Shown: positions 16,896 through 26,331, numbered from the stretch's first letter. The stretch: 64,000 nucleotides of DNA from an uncultured delta proteobacterium (GCA_963842085.1 CAWJET010000001.1:192001-256000); one strand, 5' to 3'. Notes: generated by a model from the sequence alone, not told the origin. Made by a program: numbers and translations.

Positions 16896-18407
16896 TCACC
16901 TGCCACCCACGGCGGGTGCCGGCGCTGCAGGACGCGACGGCTTCGGCATGTGGATGTATAGCTTGTCGTTGGATGGACGCCCGTCGCTGTGCATCGACGG
17001 CGGGCGCATCGCGTACTTCACTTCGCGCGCGTGCTCGGCGAACTGCCGGTCCGGATTGTACACGCTGTTGAACTTCCACAGCATCTTGAGAAAGTTGGTC
17101 TGCCCCCGAAGCGCGAGCTTGCCCGCGATCGACGCCACCGACTTCAGCGCCGCAAACCCAAGATGCTTGCGGTTGAGCACGTCCTGCGTCTTCACCAGCT
17201 CCTGGTAGAATTGCAGCAGCGGCAGTTTGGTCGGCAGCACCGCATGCTGGATGTCGTACAGCCGGTAGTCGAGCGTCGTCAGCTTGCGCGATTCCGTGAA
17301 CCACAGCTCCGTGCCGGGATACGGCGTCGCCACCGTCAGGTGAACGATCTCCGGGATGCTGATCGCCCATTCGCGGATCACCTCGAACCGCTTCTCGTCC
17401 CACGACGGGTCCGCGATCAGGTTGATCGCAACCGTCAGTCCGATCTCGCGCGCGACTTCGAGCGCCTTGAAGTTGACGCCCATCGACGAGCGCTTGCGAT
17501 GCAGCTTCAGTCCTTCCTCGTCGATCGCTTCAAGCCCCAGGAACATGTACTCCATGCCGAGCTTGCGCCAGTAGCGGAACACTTCCGGGTTGCGGCACAG
17601 CACGTCGGCACGAGTCTCGAGATAGTACTGCTTTTTGATTTTGCGCTTTTCGATTTCGTGACCGATCGCAAACCCGTGCTCGGGATGGATAAACGCGACG
17701 TCATCGACGATGAAGACGTTGGGCTCCCTGATCGACAGCATGTCTTTGGCGGCGGCTTCCGGCGTCGATTTGCGGTAGCTGCGGCCGTAGAACGTCCACG
17801 CGCTGCAGAACGAGCAATCCCACGGGCAGCCGCGCGTGAACTCGATCGACGCGCACGGATCGAGCACGCCGATAAAATACTTGTTGCGCCGGCGCCCGAG
17901 ATCGCGCGCCGGAAAAAACTTGTCGAGATCGTCCAGCATCACCGGCGTCGGGCCCGACCCTTGCGTGGTCAGCACGCCCGGAACTTTGCCGATTGAGCCG
18001 GTGCCGATCGCGTCGAGCAGCATCGGCGTCGCGGTCTCACCCTCGCCGCGGATGACCGCGTCGATCGCGCCATCCGCATGCTCCAGGATTTCGTCCGCGA
18101 CGAACGAGCCGCTATGCCCGCCGGTGAAGACGAAGCAATCCTTCATCAGCCGCTTCACGTCTTTGGCGAGATCGATCACCTCGGGCACGTTGGCGAGGTA
18201 GTTGAGCGAGAAGCCCACCGCATTCGGGCGGAAGCTTTCGAGCTCGGCGAACAGATCGCGATGCTTGAAAATCTGCAGGTCGATGATTCTCACGTCGTGG
18301 CCGGCCGCGCGCGTCGCCGCCGCCACCCGCTCCATCCCCAGCGGTTCGAGCCGCAAATAAATCTCGCTGTACATAAGCGGACTCGGATGTACAAATAGGA
18401 CCCGCAT
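16896..18407 (-). CDS. hpnR: Hopanoid C-3 methylase (cobalamin-dependent radical SAM)
   Basis: N-terminus MRVLFVHPSPLMYSEIYLRLEPLG as I recall for HpnR; B12-binding region; CPWDCSFC; hopanoid locus 7 kb away. Confidence 0.88.
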   Translation of the reverse strand: MRVLFVHPSPLMYSEIYLRLEPLGMERVAAATRAAGHDVRIIDLQIFKHRDLFAELESFRPNAVGFSLNYLANVPEVIDLAKDVKRLMKDCFVFTGGHSGSFVADEILEHADGAIDAVIRGEGETATPMLLDAIGTGSIGKVPGVLTTQGSGPTPVMLDDLDKFFPARDLGRRRNKYFIGVLDPCASIEFTRGCPWDCSFCSAWTFYGRSYRKSTPEAAAKDMLSIREPNVFIVDDVAFIHPEHGFAIGHEIEKRKIKKQYYLETRADVLCRNPEVFRYWRKLGMEYMFLGLEAIDEEGLKLHRKRSSMGVNFKALEVAREIGLTVAINLIADPSWDEKRFEVIREWAISIPEIVHLTVATPYPGTELWFTESRKLTTLDYRLYDIQHAVLPTKLPLLQFYQELVKTQDVLNRKHLGFAALKSVASIAGKLALRGQTNFLKMLWKFNSVYNPDRQFAEHAREVKYAMRPPSMHSDGRPSNDKLYIHMPKPSRPAAPAPAVGGR

Positions 18408-18858
18408 AGATTCCCTCCGGCGCCGCATCTTTCGGGCGTGCGACAGCGGCACCTTCCAGTTACTTCGCTAATCTTCGGCAAATCTCCGCCTGACCAATCG
18501 GCCAGCGGGATTCCCAGCATCCTAATATGCCAGCCGACTCGATGAAATAGCAGGCCAAAAACCCCCGCTATGCTATTAACCGACATCACCAAGGTCCCTG
18601 GCAATGGCTCGGCTACGCCGCGTCTCCACCACGCGGCTCTACGGCCGGCGCAAAATGCGTCCGGAGGATAGTCCGACATTCCGGTCCAGGTATTAGGATC
18701 GCATGGCCAACGTGCGCGCGTTCGCTGCCGCGGCGCTGGATCTGGGTTCCGCGCGACTGCTTACCCGCCTCGCCCGCTTTGTTGCGGGAGAGGCCGTGCC
18801 GGCCCTCTGCGGGCTGCCTTATCGATACGTCAGGGTTTAAATTTGGAGTAGCGACCCC

Positions 18859-19017
18859 TCAGCGACACATCCCATCGCTCTGAAGCTGCGTCCCATCCGG
18901 GCACGAAGTGGTGGTCGTCGTCGTGGTCTGCTGCGTGGTCTGTGGGGGAGATTCGAAATCGAAGCAGCCAGCCAGCAACGTCGCCGCGAGAATCAACACG
19001 ACAAGCTTTCCAATCAT
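18859..19017 (-). CDS. Small lipoprotein (52 aa), not in ORF track
   Basis: MIGKLVVLILAATLLAGC-FDFESPPQTTQQTTTTTTTSCPDGTQLQSDGMCR; LAGC lipobox, Thr-rich linker, Cys pair. Confidence 0.75.
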   Translation of the reverse strand: MIGKLVVLILAATLLAGCFDFESPPQTTQQTTTTTTTSCPDGTQLQSDGMCR

Positions 19018-19104
19018 GATCGTTTACCCCGTCCGCAATAGTTCACCACCCGTCGGTTAAAGGTCAAGGCGGTTTTTAGTGTTGGTAGCATTGAACGCGT
19101 CGAG

Positions 19105-19188
19105 TTAAGAGGAGAGGGCCGCCGGTCGAAACCGGCGGCCCTCTCTCTTACCGGAGCCACATGGACACTTGTCCTTTGGATTCGGCAT
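19105..19188 (-). CDS. 27-aa micropeptide with a half SEC-C motif, not in ORF track
   Basis: GAGGAGGT RBS 7 nt before ATG; MPNPKDKCPCGSGKREGRRFRPAALSS*. Confidence 0.5.
   Translation of the reverse strand: MPNPKDKCPCGSGKREGRRFRPAALSS
19106..19150. terminator. Strong stem-loop (possible terminator or attenuator)
   Basis: Perfect 15-bp stem GAGAGGGCCGCCGGT-CGAA-ACCGGCGGCCCTCTC (UUCG loop on minus strand), extendable by TAAGA/TCTTA; only a weak U tract. Confidence 0.65.
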
Positions 19189-19349
19189 TTCGTTTACCTC
19201 CTCAATCCTTGGCATTGTGTCCCATAAACTTGCTTAACTTGGTCGCCGCACCCGAACGCGATTTGTCCTTCGAGCCCGACACCGTTCAGTCTTCGCATCG
19301 TTGACCTCCGATGCACAACTCATTTGCACTAACGAAGTGGATGCAGCGT

Positions 19350-19400
19350 TCTTCAGGGAACATCGAATTCGGTCTTCAGGGAACATCGAATTCAGTCTTC
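19350..19400. repeat. 23-nt tandem direct repeat (two copies plus partial third)
   Basis: TCTTCAGGGAACATCGAATTC at 19350 and 19373; TCTTC again at 19396. Confidence 0.8.
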
Positions 19401-19444
19401 CTGAGCTGAGAGCGGTTTGGAAATAAAACGGAAATCCGGGATTA

Positions 19445-19627
19445 ATGGTCCTGATGGCCACGAACGACGCGCCTCAGCCGGGAAGGTACTTCTTCATCGC
19501 TGTCATTTTTGTTGCGGTGCTGATCGATGCCGTCCTGATTGCGCACGTGCGCGCAAATTTCATTCATGACCACGGCTACGACATCCGCCCGCGACCCCCA
19601 GCGGTGGCAAAGCCCGCCCCGCCCTGA
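19445..19627 (+). CDS. Small single-pass membrane protein
   Basis: 60 aa, hydrophobic FFIAVIFVAVLIDAVLIA, Pro-rich tail. Confidence 0.55.
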   Translation: MVLMATNDAPQPGRYFFIAVIFVAVLIDAVLIAHVRANFIHDHGYDIRPRPPAVAKPAPP

Positions 19628-19722
19628 CGCCGCGCGCGCCTCAATTCGGCCTTGACACGCGAGCGCGCGCGCCGGAGTTTTGGCTCTAAGCTCGCAACTC
19701 CAAAAGACCATTCGGAGAAATC

Positions 19723-20736
19723 ATGCAGTACTCAAAACTTGGCAAGACCGGAATCACCGTCTCGCGCATCTGCCTCGGATGCATGAGCTACGGCGACAAG
19801 AAATGGCGCGACTGGGTGCTGACGATGGACGAGGCGCGCGATCACTTCGCCGCCGCCGTCGAGTCGGGCATCAACTTCTTCGACACGGCCAACGTCTATT
19901 CAGTCGGCGCGAGTGAGGAGGTCACCGGACGATGGCTCGGCGAGATGGCGAAGCGCGATGAGATCGTCGTCGCGAGCAAGGTGCACGGCCCGATGGCGTC
20001 GGGTCTCAATCGCGCGGGCCTCAGCCGCAAAAATATCCTCGAAGCGTGCGACGCGTCGCTGCGCCGCCTCAAGATGGATTTCATCGACCTCTACCAAATC
20101 CATCGATGGGACTACACGACGCCGATCGAGGAAACGCTCGAGGCGCTCGACTCGCTGGTGCGCGCGGGCAAGGTGCGCTACCTCGGTGCGAGCTCGATGG
20201 CCGCGTGGCAATTCGCCAAGGCGCTCGCGCTCCAGAAAGAAAACGGATGGCATCGGTTCATCTCGATGCAAAACCATTACAACCTCGTCTATCGCGAGGA
20301 GGAGCGCGAGATGAATCCGCTCTGCATCGACAACGGCGTCGGGCTGATTCCATGGAGCCCGCTCGCGCGCGGGTTCCTGGCGGGCAATCGCGACAAGGGC
20401 GGCAGCGGTCCGACCGCGCGCGCCAAGACCGACGACTTCGCCAAGAACATGTACTTCCGCGAATACGACTTCGAGGTGCTGAGCGTCGTCGAGCAGATCG
20501 CCAAAGAGCGCGCCGTCACGCCGTCGCAGATCGCGTGCGCGTGGATCCTGCAGGCGCCGGGCGTCACCGCACCGATCATCGGCGCAACCAAGCTCGCGCA
20601 TCTCAAGGAGGCAATCGCAGCGGTCGATGTGAAGCTCACCGCGGACGAAGTCGCGGCGCTCGAGAAGCCGTACCGGCCGCATCCGATTCTCGGCCACGAA
20701 CAGCCACGGCCGGCGCGGATGATCGCGGCCCGCTGA
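19723..20736 (+). CDS. Aldo/keto reductase
   Basis: LGCMSYG, FDTANVYS.G.SEE, IDLYQIHRWD, QNHYNL, PWSPLARG, PIIGATK. Confidence 0.95.
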   Translation: MQYSKLGKTGITVSRICLGCMSYGDKKWRDWVLTMDEARDHFAAAVESGINFFDTANVYSVGASEEVTGRWLGEMAKRDEIVVASKVHGPMASGLNRAGLSRKNILEACDASLRRLKMDFIDLYQIHRWDYTTPIEETLEALDSLVRAGKVRYLGASSMAAWQFAKALALQKENGWHRFISMQNHYNLVYREEEREMNPLCIDNGVGLIPWSPLARGFLAGNRDKGGSGPTARAKTDDFAKNMYFREYDFEVLSVVEQIAKERAVTPSQIACAWILQAPGVTAPIIGATKLAHLKEAIAAVDVKLTADEVAALEKPYRPHPILGHEQPRPARMIAAR

Positions 20737-20812
20737 GCGCGCGAGAACCTCAAGTAACGCTTTAAGGTCCAAGGTTTTGGCGTGTTCGCCGTTCTTTCTC
20801 CTGAACTCTTGA

Positions 20813-20828
20813 TGTTCCACGTGAAACG
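20813..20828. promoter_or_regulatory. parS centromere-like site
   Basis: TGTTCCACGTGAAACG versus consensus TGTTTCACGTGAAACA. Confidence 0.75.
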
Positions 20829-20878
20829 TTTTGCGGCAAAACTCGTTGATCGCCTTATGTTATTGCCGATTGCCACAA

Positions 20879-20894
20879 CGTTTCACGTGAAACA
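20879..20894. promoter_or_regulatory. parS centromere-like site
   Basis: CGTTTCACGTGAAACA, 15/16 match to the palindromic consensus. Confidence 0.8.
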
Positions 20895-20933
20895 CTGAAA
20901 CGCGTCTGCGGGCGTCGAAAATGGAGACGTGAA

Positions 20934-21347
20934 ATGGAAATCAACGGCGTCGCGCACGTGATGCTCACGGTCAGCAATTTCGAGGCGTGCTTTCCATTCT
21001 ACGAAAAGCTGCTCACCTATCTCGGACTCAAGCCTGTGATTCGCAGCGAGCAGACGCTGTACTGCGTGGGCGGCAGGACTGCGGTGGGAATAGTCAGATG
21101 CGATGACGCGCATCGCTCGGAGAAATTCCAGCAGCGGCGCGTCGGGCTGCATCACGTGTGCCTGCGCGCGCGCGAGCGGGGCGACGTCGATGAGATCTAT
21201 GGCTTCCTCAAAACGATCGGCGCCAAGATCGTGCATCCGCCGGAAGACGGCGCGTGGGCGCCGGGATACTACTCGGTGCTGTTCGAGGATCCCGACGGCA
21301 TCCGCCTCGAGGTCAATCACGTGCCGGGCAAGGGATTGCTGGCGTGA
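20934..21347 (+). CDS. VOC/glyoxalase family protein
   Basis: AHVMLTVS, GLHHVCL, YYSVLFEDPDGIRLEV. Confidence 0.9.
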   Translation: MEINGVAHVMLTVSNFEACFPFYEKLLTYLGLKPVIRSEQTLYCVGGRTAVGIVRCDDAHRSEKFQQRRVGLHHVCLRARERGDVDEIYGFLKTIGAKIVHPPEDGAWAPGYYSVLFEDPDGIRLEVNHVPGKGLLA

Positions 21348-21401
21348 TTTCGAAGACAAAGCTGGGCAGCTTAAGGGATAGCGGTTGAAGCACGCGGGGA
21401 G

Positions 21402-21440
21402 CCGGGATTCTTCGCTCCGCAGACTCCGCTCTGAATGACA
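21402..21440. repeat. REP-like repeat family C, single unit (reverse orientation)
   Basis: CCGGGATTCTTCG...GCTCTGAATGACA. Confidence 0.75.
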
Positions 21441-21450
21441 CAAGGAGGGA

Positions 21451-22161
21451 TCAGGAGCGGTCGAGCTTTGCGCGAAGGCGCGTTGCGAGGTCGGGGGCGG
21501 AGGTTTCGTGTTTGAAATATACGAAGATTTCTTCGGCGCCGCGCGCGAGGCGATCGAAATTCTTCACCCATTCATTGAGACCCGCGTCGTCGTAGGTTTC
21601 TTTGCGCAGGCGGACGTAGACGTAGGGCGCGGTTCGTTCCAGCGGCGAGGCGAGCTTTTCCGTTTCCGCGATACACAGCGCCGCACCGTTGTCGGCCAGC
21701 GCGTTCATCACCGACTGGTCGAACCAGCTTCGATTTCGGAATTCGAACGCGGCGCGAATCCTGCCCTTCAGAATCGCGAGGAAATCATTCAGCAGCGGAA
21801 GATCGATCTTCAAGTCGGGCGGAAGCTGGAACAGCGCGGGCGCGAGCCGCTCGCCCATGACCGAGGCGCGCTCGATGAACGTGTCGGTGGTTTCTTTGAC
21901 GTCGCGCAGCCTGGCGAAATGCGTGATGCGCTGCGGAGCCTTGAGCGCGAAGCGAAAAGTCGCAGGCGTGCGCGCGGCCCATCCTTCCAGCATCGCGGAC
22001 TTCGGCATCGCGCGGAAGGTGTAGTTGATCTCGACCGTCGGCATCCGCTCGGCGTAGTACTCGAGCATCCTGGCGCCGGGAAGTTTCTCCGGATAGAAAC
22101 CGCCGAGCCATTCCTTATACGAAAAGCCCGACGTACCGATCAGGATTTTCGCCTTGGCCAT
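21451..22161 (-). CDS. DUF72 domain protein
   Basis: IGTSGFSYKEW.G.FYP, VEINYTF, LKAPQRITH, FQLPP, FEFRN.SW. Confidence 0.9.
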   Translation of the reverse strand: MAKAKILIGTSGFSYKEWLGGFYPEKLPGARMLEYYAERMPTVEINYTFRAMPKSAMLEGWAARTPATFRFALKAPQRITHFARLRDVKETTDTFIERASVMGERLAPALFQLPPDLKIDLPLLNDFLAILKGRIRAAFEFRNRSWFDQSVMNALADNGAALCIAETEKLASPLERTAPYVYVRLRKETYDDAGLNEWVKNFDRLARGAEEIFVYFKHETSAPDLATRLRAKLDRS

Positions 22162-22193
22162 CGCAATTGCGCGGACGCCCGATGTCCCGTACT

Positions 22194-24761
22194 TCAACCC
22201 TTGAGCGTTGCCCGCAGAGTGTTGCCCTCGCGTTTCCGGAAGCCGACTGCGACGCCGAGACGCTCGAGGTGCTGATCGATTATCTTGCCGCCCAGCCGCA
22301 CGCGATGCTCGGCGAAGAACTTCTTGACCTCGTCCTCGCGATCGAGCAGCGCGACGACAGCCTCGCACATTCGTGGCAGCGCGTTGTCGGGGTATTTTTG
22401 AATCATCTCGTCCCAGTGCGCGCGCGCAAAGTCCCACGCTTCGTAGCGGCAGGCGGGGTTAAGCAGCAGCGAATGCATCAGGTACGGCGAATTCTGCGTC
22501 CGCACCTGGCCGTCGAGCGTCATCTCCATGGTTTTTTTCAGGAGATCGCGATCGCGGAAATTCGCGAGCGCGAACAGGAAGCGCTGCTCTTCCTGCGGCG
22601 TGCGCGGCGCTTTGAATTTGCGCTTGAACTCCTCGTAGCGCGCGGCGTCGCCCGAGTGCGCGAGGATGCTCACCAGCGCCGGTATCAGGTCGCGATCGGC
22701 GGAATCGGGATTGTCCTCGAAGCGCGAATACAGATCGCGCGCGCGCTTCTGGACTTCGGGATCGTCGCCGAGCGTGCCGAGTGCGCCAATCAGCGTGCCG
22801 CGCAACTGGCGCGTTAGCTCGCTCTCGCCGGGCTTTGGCTCCCAGCCGAGACGGGCGGCGGCGGGACCGACGATCTCGCGCACCGTAGCCGCGAGCGCGA
22901 ACCGGTCCGCGTCGGACGCAATCATGTCGAGGTATGCGAATGCGCCAATCAACGCGCGCCACACATTGATGTCGGTCTCGTCGGTAAATAACCGCGCCAT
23001 CTTGAGGAACTCGCTTAGCGGGCCGAGTCCAGCGACGGTCGCCGCCCAGGTATCGCTGACCAGTCCGAAACGTTCGATCGCGTGCAGCGCGCCGAGATTT
23101 TTTGTGAGCGACGCGAGCAGCGCAGGCGCGTAGTGCACGCGATAGAAGCCGTGGCCGCCCTCGTTGAGCAGCGCCCACTCGAGCTTGCCCGGGAGATCGA
23201 CGGTCGTCTCGCGAGCAGTGAGCAGCACCTTGTGCGTCGAGACGCCTTTATCGGTCTTCGCCCGAACCATCACGGGCACATGCCAAAGCTGATCGTTGTC
23301 CTCGACCAGATAGAAGAAGCGGCGCTGCGAGAGCTTGAGCCCGCGGCCGTCAGCCGACTGCGCCGCGTCGATGATCGGAAAACCGGGCTGGAAGATCCAC
23401 GAGTCCATCATCTTGCGCACGGGCTCGCGCGACGCCGCCTCGAGCGCGTCCCACAGGTCGCTGGTCTCGGTGTTGTTGAACTGATGCTGCTTCAGGTAGA
23501 GGCGGATGCCGTCGCGAAAAATGTCGGCGCTCAAAAACTGCTCGAGCATCCGCAGCACCGCGGCGCCCTTCTCGTAGGTCAGGATGTCGAACATCGCGCG
23601 GCAGTCTTCGGGACTGCGCACCGTGTATTCGATCGGGCGCGTGCTGCGCAGCCCATCGATCGCCATCGCAGCCGCGCGCGAGACGCTGAAACTCTCCCAT
23701 CGCTTCCATTCGGGCTTCCACGCATCGACCGCCAGCATTTCCATGAAGGTGGCGAACGCCTCGTTGAGCCAGATTCCGTTCCACCATCGCATAGTGACGA
23801 GATCGCCGAACCACATGTGCGCGTTCTCGTGCGAGACCACGTCGGCGACGCGCTCGAGCTCGGCGCGCGACGCCGATTTTTCGTCGGCGAGCAGCGCGGT
23901 CTCGCGAAACGTGATCGCGCCGAGGTTTTCCATCGCACCCGACGCGAAATCGGGAATCGCGATCAGGTCGAGCTTGTCACCGGGGTACTTGAGACCGTAG
24001 TAGTCGGCGAAATATTTGAGCGAGAACGCGCCGATCTGCCTGGCCCAGGTTGTCAGCGACTCTTTGCCGGGGACGTGGACGATTCTGAGCGGCGTCCCCG
24101 CATCGACCGGCGCCGTGGCGTCGAACTCGCCGACGATGAACGCGACCAGGTAGGTGGACATCGCGATCGTCTCCTTGAAGACGACCTCCTTCTTTCCGCC
24201 GGCCAGCTTTCGCTCGGCTTCCTGCCCGCCGTTCGAAATGGCCGCAAGGTGCTCCTCGACGACCAGCGTCACTTTGTAACTGGCCTTGAGCTCGGGCTCG
24301 TCCCAGCACGGAAACGCGCGGCGCGCGTCGGTGGATTCGAACTGCGTCGTCGCGGCGACGTGGGTCTTGCCGGCAGCGTCCTGATACTGGCTGCGATAAA
24401 AGCCGTGCAGCTTGTCATTCAGGATTCCGCGAAACGCAATCTTCAGCGTCCATTCGCCCGGCGAAAGTTTCTCGGCGAAGCGGAGATGCCCGCGTTCCTT
24501 GGCCGGCTCCAGCTCAGCCTTTGCGGCGAGAGATTTTCCGCCGCGTTCCGCGCTCACCTTGTCGATTTCCAGCTCGAGCGCGTTCAGCACGACATCGTCA
24601 GTCGCCTGGTTGATGACGACGGCGATATTCACTTCGCCTTGAAACGTGAACGCCTTGAGATCCGGCGTCAGGCGAAGGTCGTAGCGCCTGGGTGTGACGG
24701 TTTTCGGCAGGCGATAGTCCTGCGTGGTATCGGCGAGGGGAGTTCCATCCTGATCGCGCAT
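22194..24761 (-). CDS. M1 family aminopeptidase with ERAP1-like C-terminal domain
   Basis: TQFE..DARRAFPCWDEP, GAMEN, HENAH..WLNEAFA, YEKG. Confidence 0.95.
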   Translation of the reverse strand: MRDQDGTPLADTTQDYRLPKTVTPRRYDLRLTPDLKAFTFQGEVNIAVVINQATDDVVLNALELEIDKVSAERGGKSLAAKAELEPAKERGHLRFAEKLSPGEWTLKIAFRGILNDKLHGFYRSQYQDAAGKTHVAATTQFESTDARRAFPCWDEPELKASYKVTLVVEEHLAAISNGGQEAERKLAGGKKEVVFKETIAMSTYLVAFIVGEFDATAPVDAGTPLRIVHVPGKESLTTWARQIGAFSLKYFADYYGLKYPGDKLDLIAIPDFASGAMENLGAITFRETALLADEKSASRAELERVADVVSHENAHMWFGDLVTMRWWNGIWLNEAFATFMEMLAVDAWKPEWKRWESFSVSRAAAMAIDGLRSTRPIEYTVRSPEDCRAMFDILTYEKGAAVLRMLEQFLSADIFRDGIRLYLKQHQFNNTETSDLWDALEAASREPVRKMMDSWIFQPGFPIIDAAQSADGRGLKLSQRRFFYLVEDNDQLWHVPVMVRAKTDKGVSTHKVLLTARETTVDLPGKLEWALLNEGGHGFYRVHYAPALLASLTKNLGALHAIERFGLVSDTWAATVAGLGPLSEFLKMARLFTDETDINVWRALIGAFAYLDMIASDADRFALAATVREIVGPAAARLGWEPKPGESELTRQLRGTLIGALGTLGDDPEVQKRARDLYSRFEDNPDSADRDLIPALVSILAHSGDAARYEEFKRKFKAPRTPQEEQRFLFALANFRDRDLLKKTMEMTLDGQVRTQNSPYLMHSLLLNPACRYEAWDFARAHWDEMIQKYPDNALPRMCEAVVALLDREDEVKKFFAEHRVRLGGKIIDQHLERLGVAVGFRKREGNTLRATLKG

Positions 24762-24872
24762 CGGTCTCTATTCCTTATAATACATGCGTCGAGTTCGAGT
24801 CGTGGAAACTAGCGCGGGGCGCGCGCCCCGCAATCGCCAGCCTAGTTCAAACCGGGTCGGTGCGCGAGCAAT

Positions 24873-25388
24873 TTATTCGCCGGCGAGCCGCAGCGGGCGC
24901 TCCATCCACACCACGTCCCAGTAGCGGCCGAGCTTGCGGCCGCATTCGCTGAAGACGCCGACGTCGGCGAAGCCGAACTTGCGATGCAGCCTGATCGACG
25001 CCTGGTTGGGAAGCGTGATCCCGGCCAGCAGCCGATTGATGTCCTCATTCTTGAGCGCGTCGAACAACGCCCGATACAGCATCGCCCCGATTCCGCGCCC
25101 AGTCGCATCATGCGCGCAGTAGACGGACGTCTCGGTGCTCGTGTCGTATGCTGCCTTGTCGCGAAACGGCCCGGTGCAGGCATAGCCGACGACCCGGCCG
25201 GCGTCTTCGGCGACGAACATGCGATGGCGCTTGATGCCGGCATGTTCATCGAACCATCGCGCGCGCTGCTCAACCGTCATCGGCTCGAGGTCGAACGTGA
25301 TGGGCGTGTTGACGATGTAGTAGTTGTAGATTTCCGTCAGGCGCGGCAGGTCGCCGCGCACCGCAGGCCGAATCTTTACCTCCGCCAT
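24873..25388 (-). CDS. GNAT N-acetyltransferase (phosphinothricin acetyltransferase/YncA-like)
   Basis: EIYNYYI.NTPITFD, GRGIG, PNQASIRLHRKFGF, GRKLGRYWDV. Confidence 0.9.
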   Translation of the reverse strand: MAEVKIRPAVRGDLPRLTEIYNYYIVNTPITFDLEPMTVEQRARWFDEHAGIKRHRMFVAEDAGRVVGYACTGPFRDKAAYDTSTETSVYCAHDATGRGIGAMLYRALFDALKNEDINRLLAGITLPNQASIRLHRKFGFADVGVFSECGRKLGRYWDVVWMERPLRLAGE

Positions 25389-25452
25389 GAAGCCGGTCTC
25401 CTGGTGAGAAGGTTTCGCTAGAGTCACAGGCAACGCCGGATGCAGAGTTGAA

Positions 25453-26331
25453 TCAAGCGGCCAGTCTGCTCTTCGCAAGATCGGCGAAGGTGATCAGTTC
25501 GATTCCATTTCGAACGAGCGCGTCGCGCACCCGCGGGCTGGTGAGAATCTCGACTTCGAGTTGCGCCTCGGCGGCGGGCGGGACTCCGCCGATGTCGGCC
25601 GCCGGATGGAAATAGAGTTCAGTCGTGCCGTCGCGGATTCGGTCGAGCACGCCCACGACGTAGTCCTCGCTCAAATGTCCGCTCTGATGAAGTCCGAACA
25701 GCGCGTCGGTCGAGGCGAGGCCGCGGGCTGCCATCAGGCGGGCGGTTCGGCGTGACAGGGTGCGAAAAATGATCGACTCGACGAGCTTGCGCGGCGCGTG
25801 GTCGCGGCGCAGCCGGAGCGTCGTCATCACGCGCTCGCGCGGGAGCCGGATAAACGGCACTTTGTATTCGACGGCGAGGTCAACCAGAATATCGGCGAAC
25901 AACGGATGGACGTGGAAATTCAAGTGGCCGTCGATATGATTGAGGCAGCCGACGAGCTCGAGATGCCGCTCGACTTGCGCCCGCAATTCGTCGGTCATCG
26001 CGGCGCGCATCGAGCGGTCGAAGAAATAGCGCATGCCGGCGGCGACCGGATTGTCGATGAACTCGCCGGACGCTCCCACTGCGGCGCCGAGCCGCGCGGC
26101 GTCGAGCAGACTGCGTCCGCGGCAGACGACGACGTGCAGGCCAACGTCGAGGTCGGGAATTTCGCGCGCGCTTTCGGCCGCGGCGCGCGCGGCGGGCTCC
26201 GCGACCATCAGGCTCGCGCTGCGCAAGATGCCGTCGCGACGCGCCCGCACGACGCCGGCGTTGACCTCGGGCGACAAGCCGAAATCGTCGGCGTTAACGA
26301 TCAGGCGCTTCAAACTGCGGCACCGCGACAA
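25453..26331 (-). CDS. hpnK: Hopanoid biosynthesis-associated deacetylase (ChbG/YdjC family)
   Basis: LIVNADDFG, ASLMV, VGLH, HIDGHLNFHVHP, ELYFHP; adjacent to hpn genes; start may be TTG 26313. Confidence 0.8.
   Translation of the reverse strand: MSRCRSLKRLIVNADDFGLSPEVNAGVVRARRDGILRSASLMVAEPAARAAAESAREIPDLDVGLHVVVCRGRSLLDAARLGAAVGASGEFIDNPVAAGMRYFFDRSMRAAMTDELRAQVERHLELVGCLNHIDGHLNFHVHPLFADILVDLAVEYKVPFIRLPRERVMTTLRLRRDHAPRKLVESIIFRTLSRRTARLMAARGLASTDALFGLHQSGHLSEDYVVGVLDRIRDGTTELYFHPAADIGGVPPAAEAQLEVEILTSPRVRDALVRNGIELITFADLAKSRLAA

Noticed and set aside
18703-18840. 45-aa plus-strand ORF MANVRAFAAAALDLG..
   Set aside because: Weak RBS and no motif; cannot be distinguished from chance.
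18408-18858. Cobalamin riboswitch upstream of B12-dependent hpnR
   Set aside because: No B12-box or other conserved riboswitch elements recognised by eye; an Rfam scan would settle it.
19350-19400. Mini CRISPR array
   Set aside because: Repeats are contiguous with no spacers and there are no cas genes in the window.
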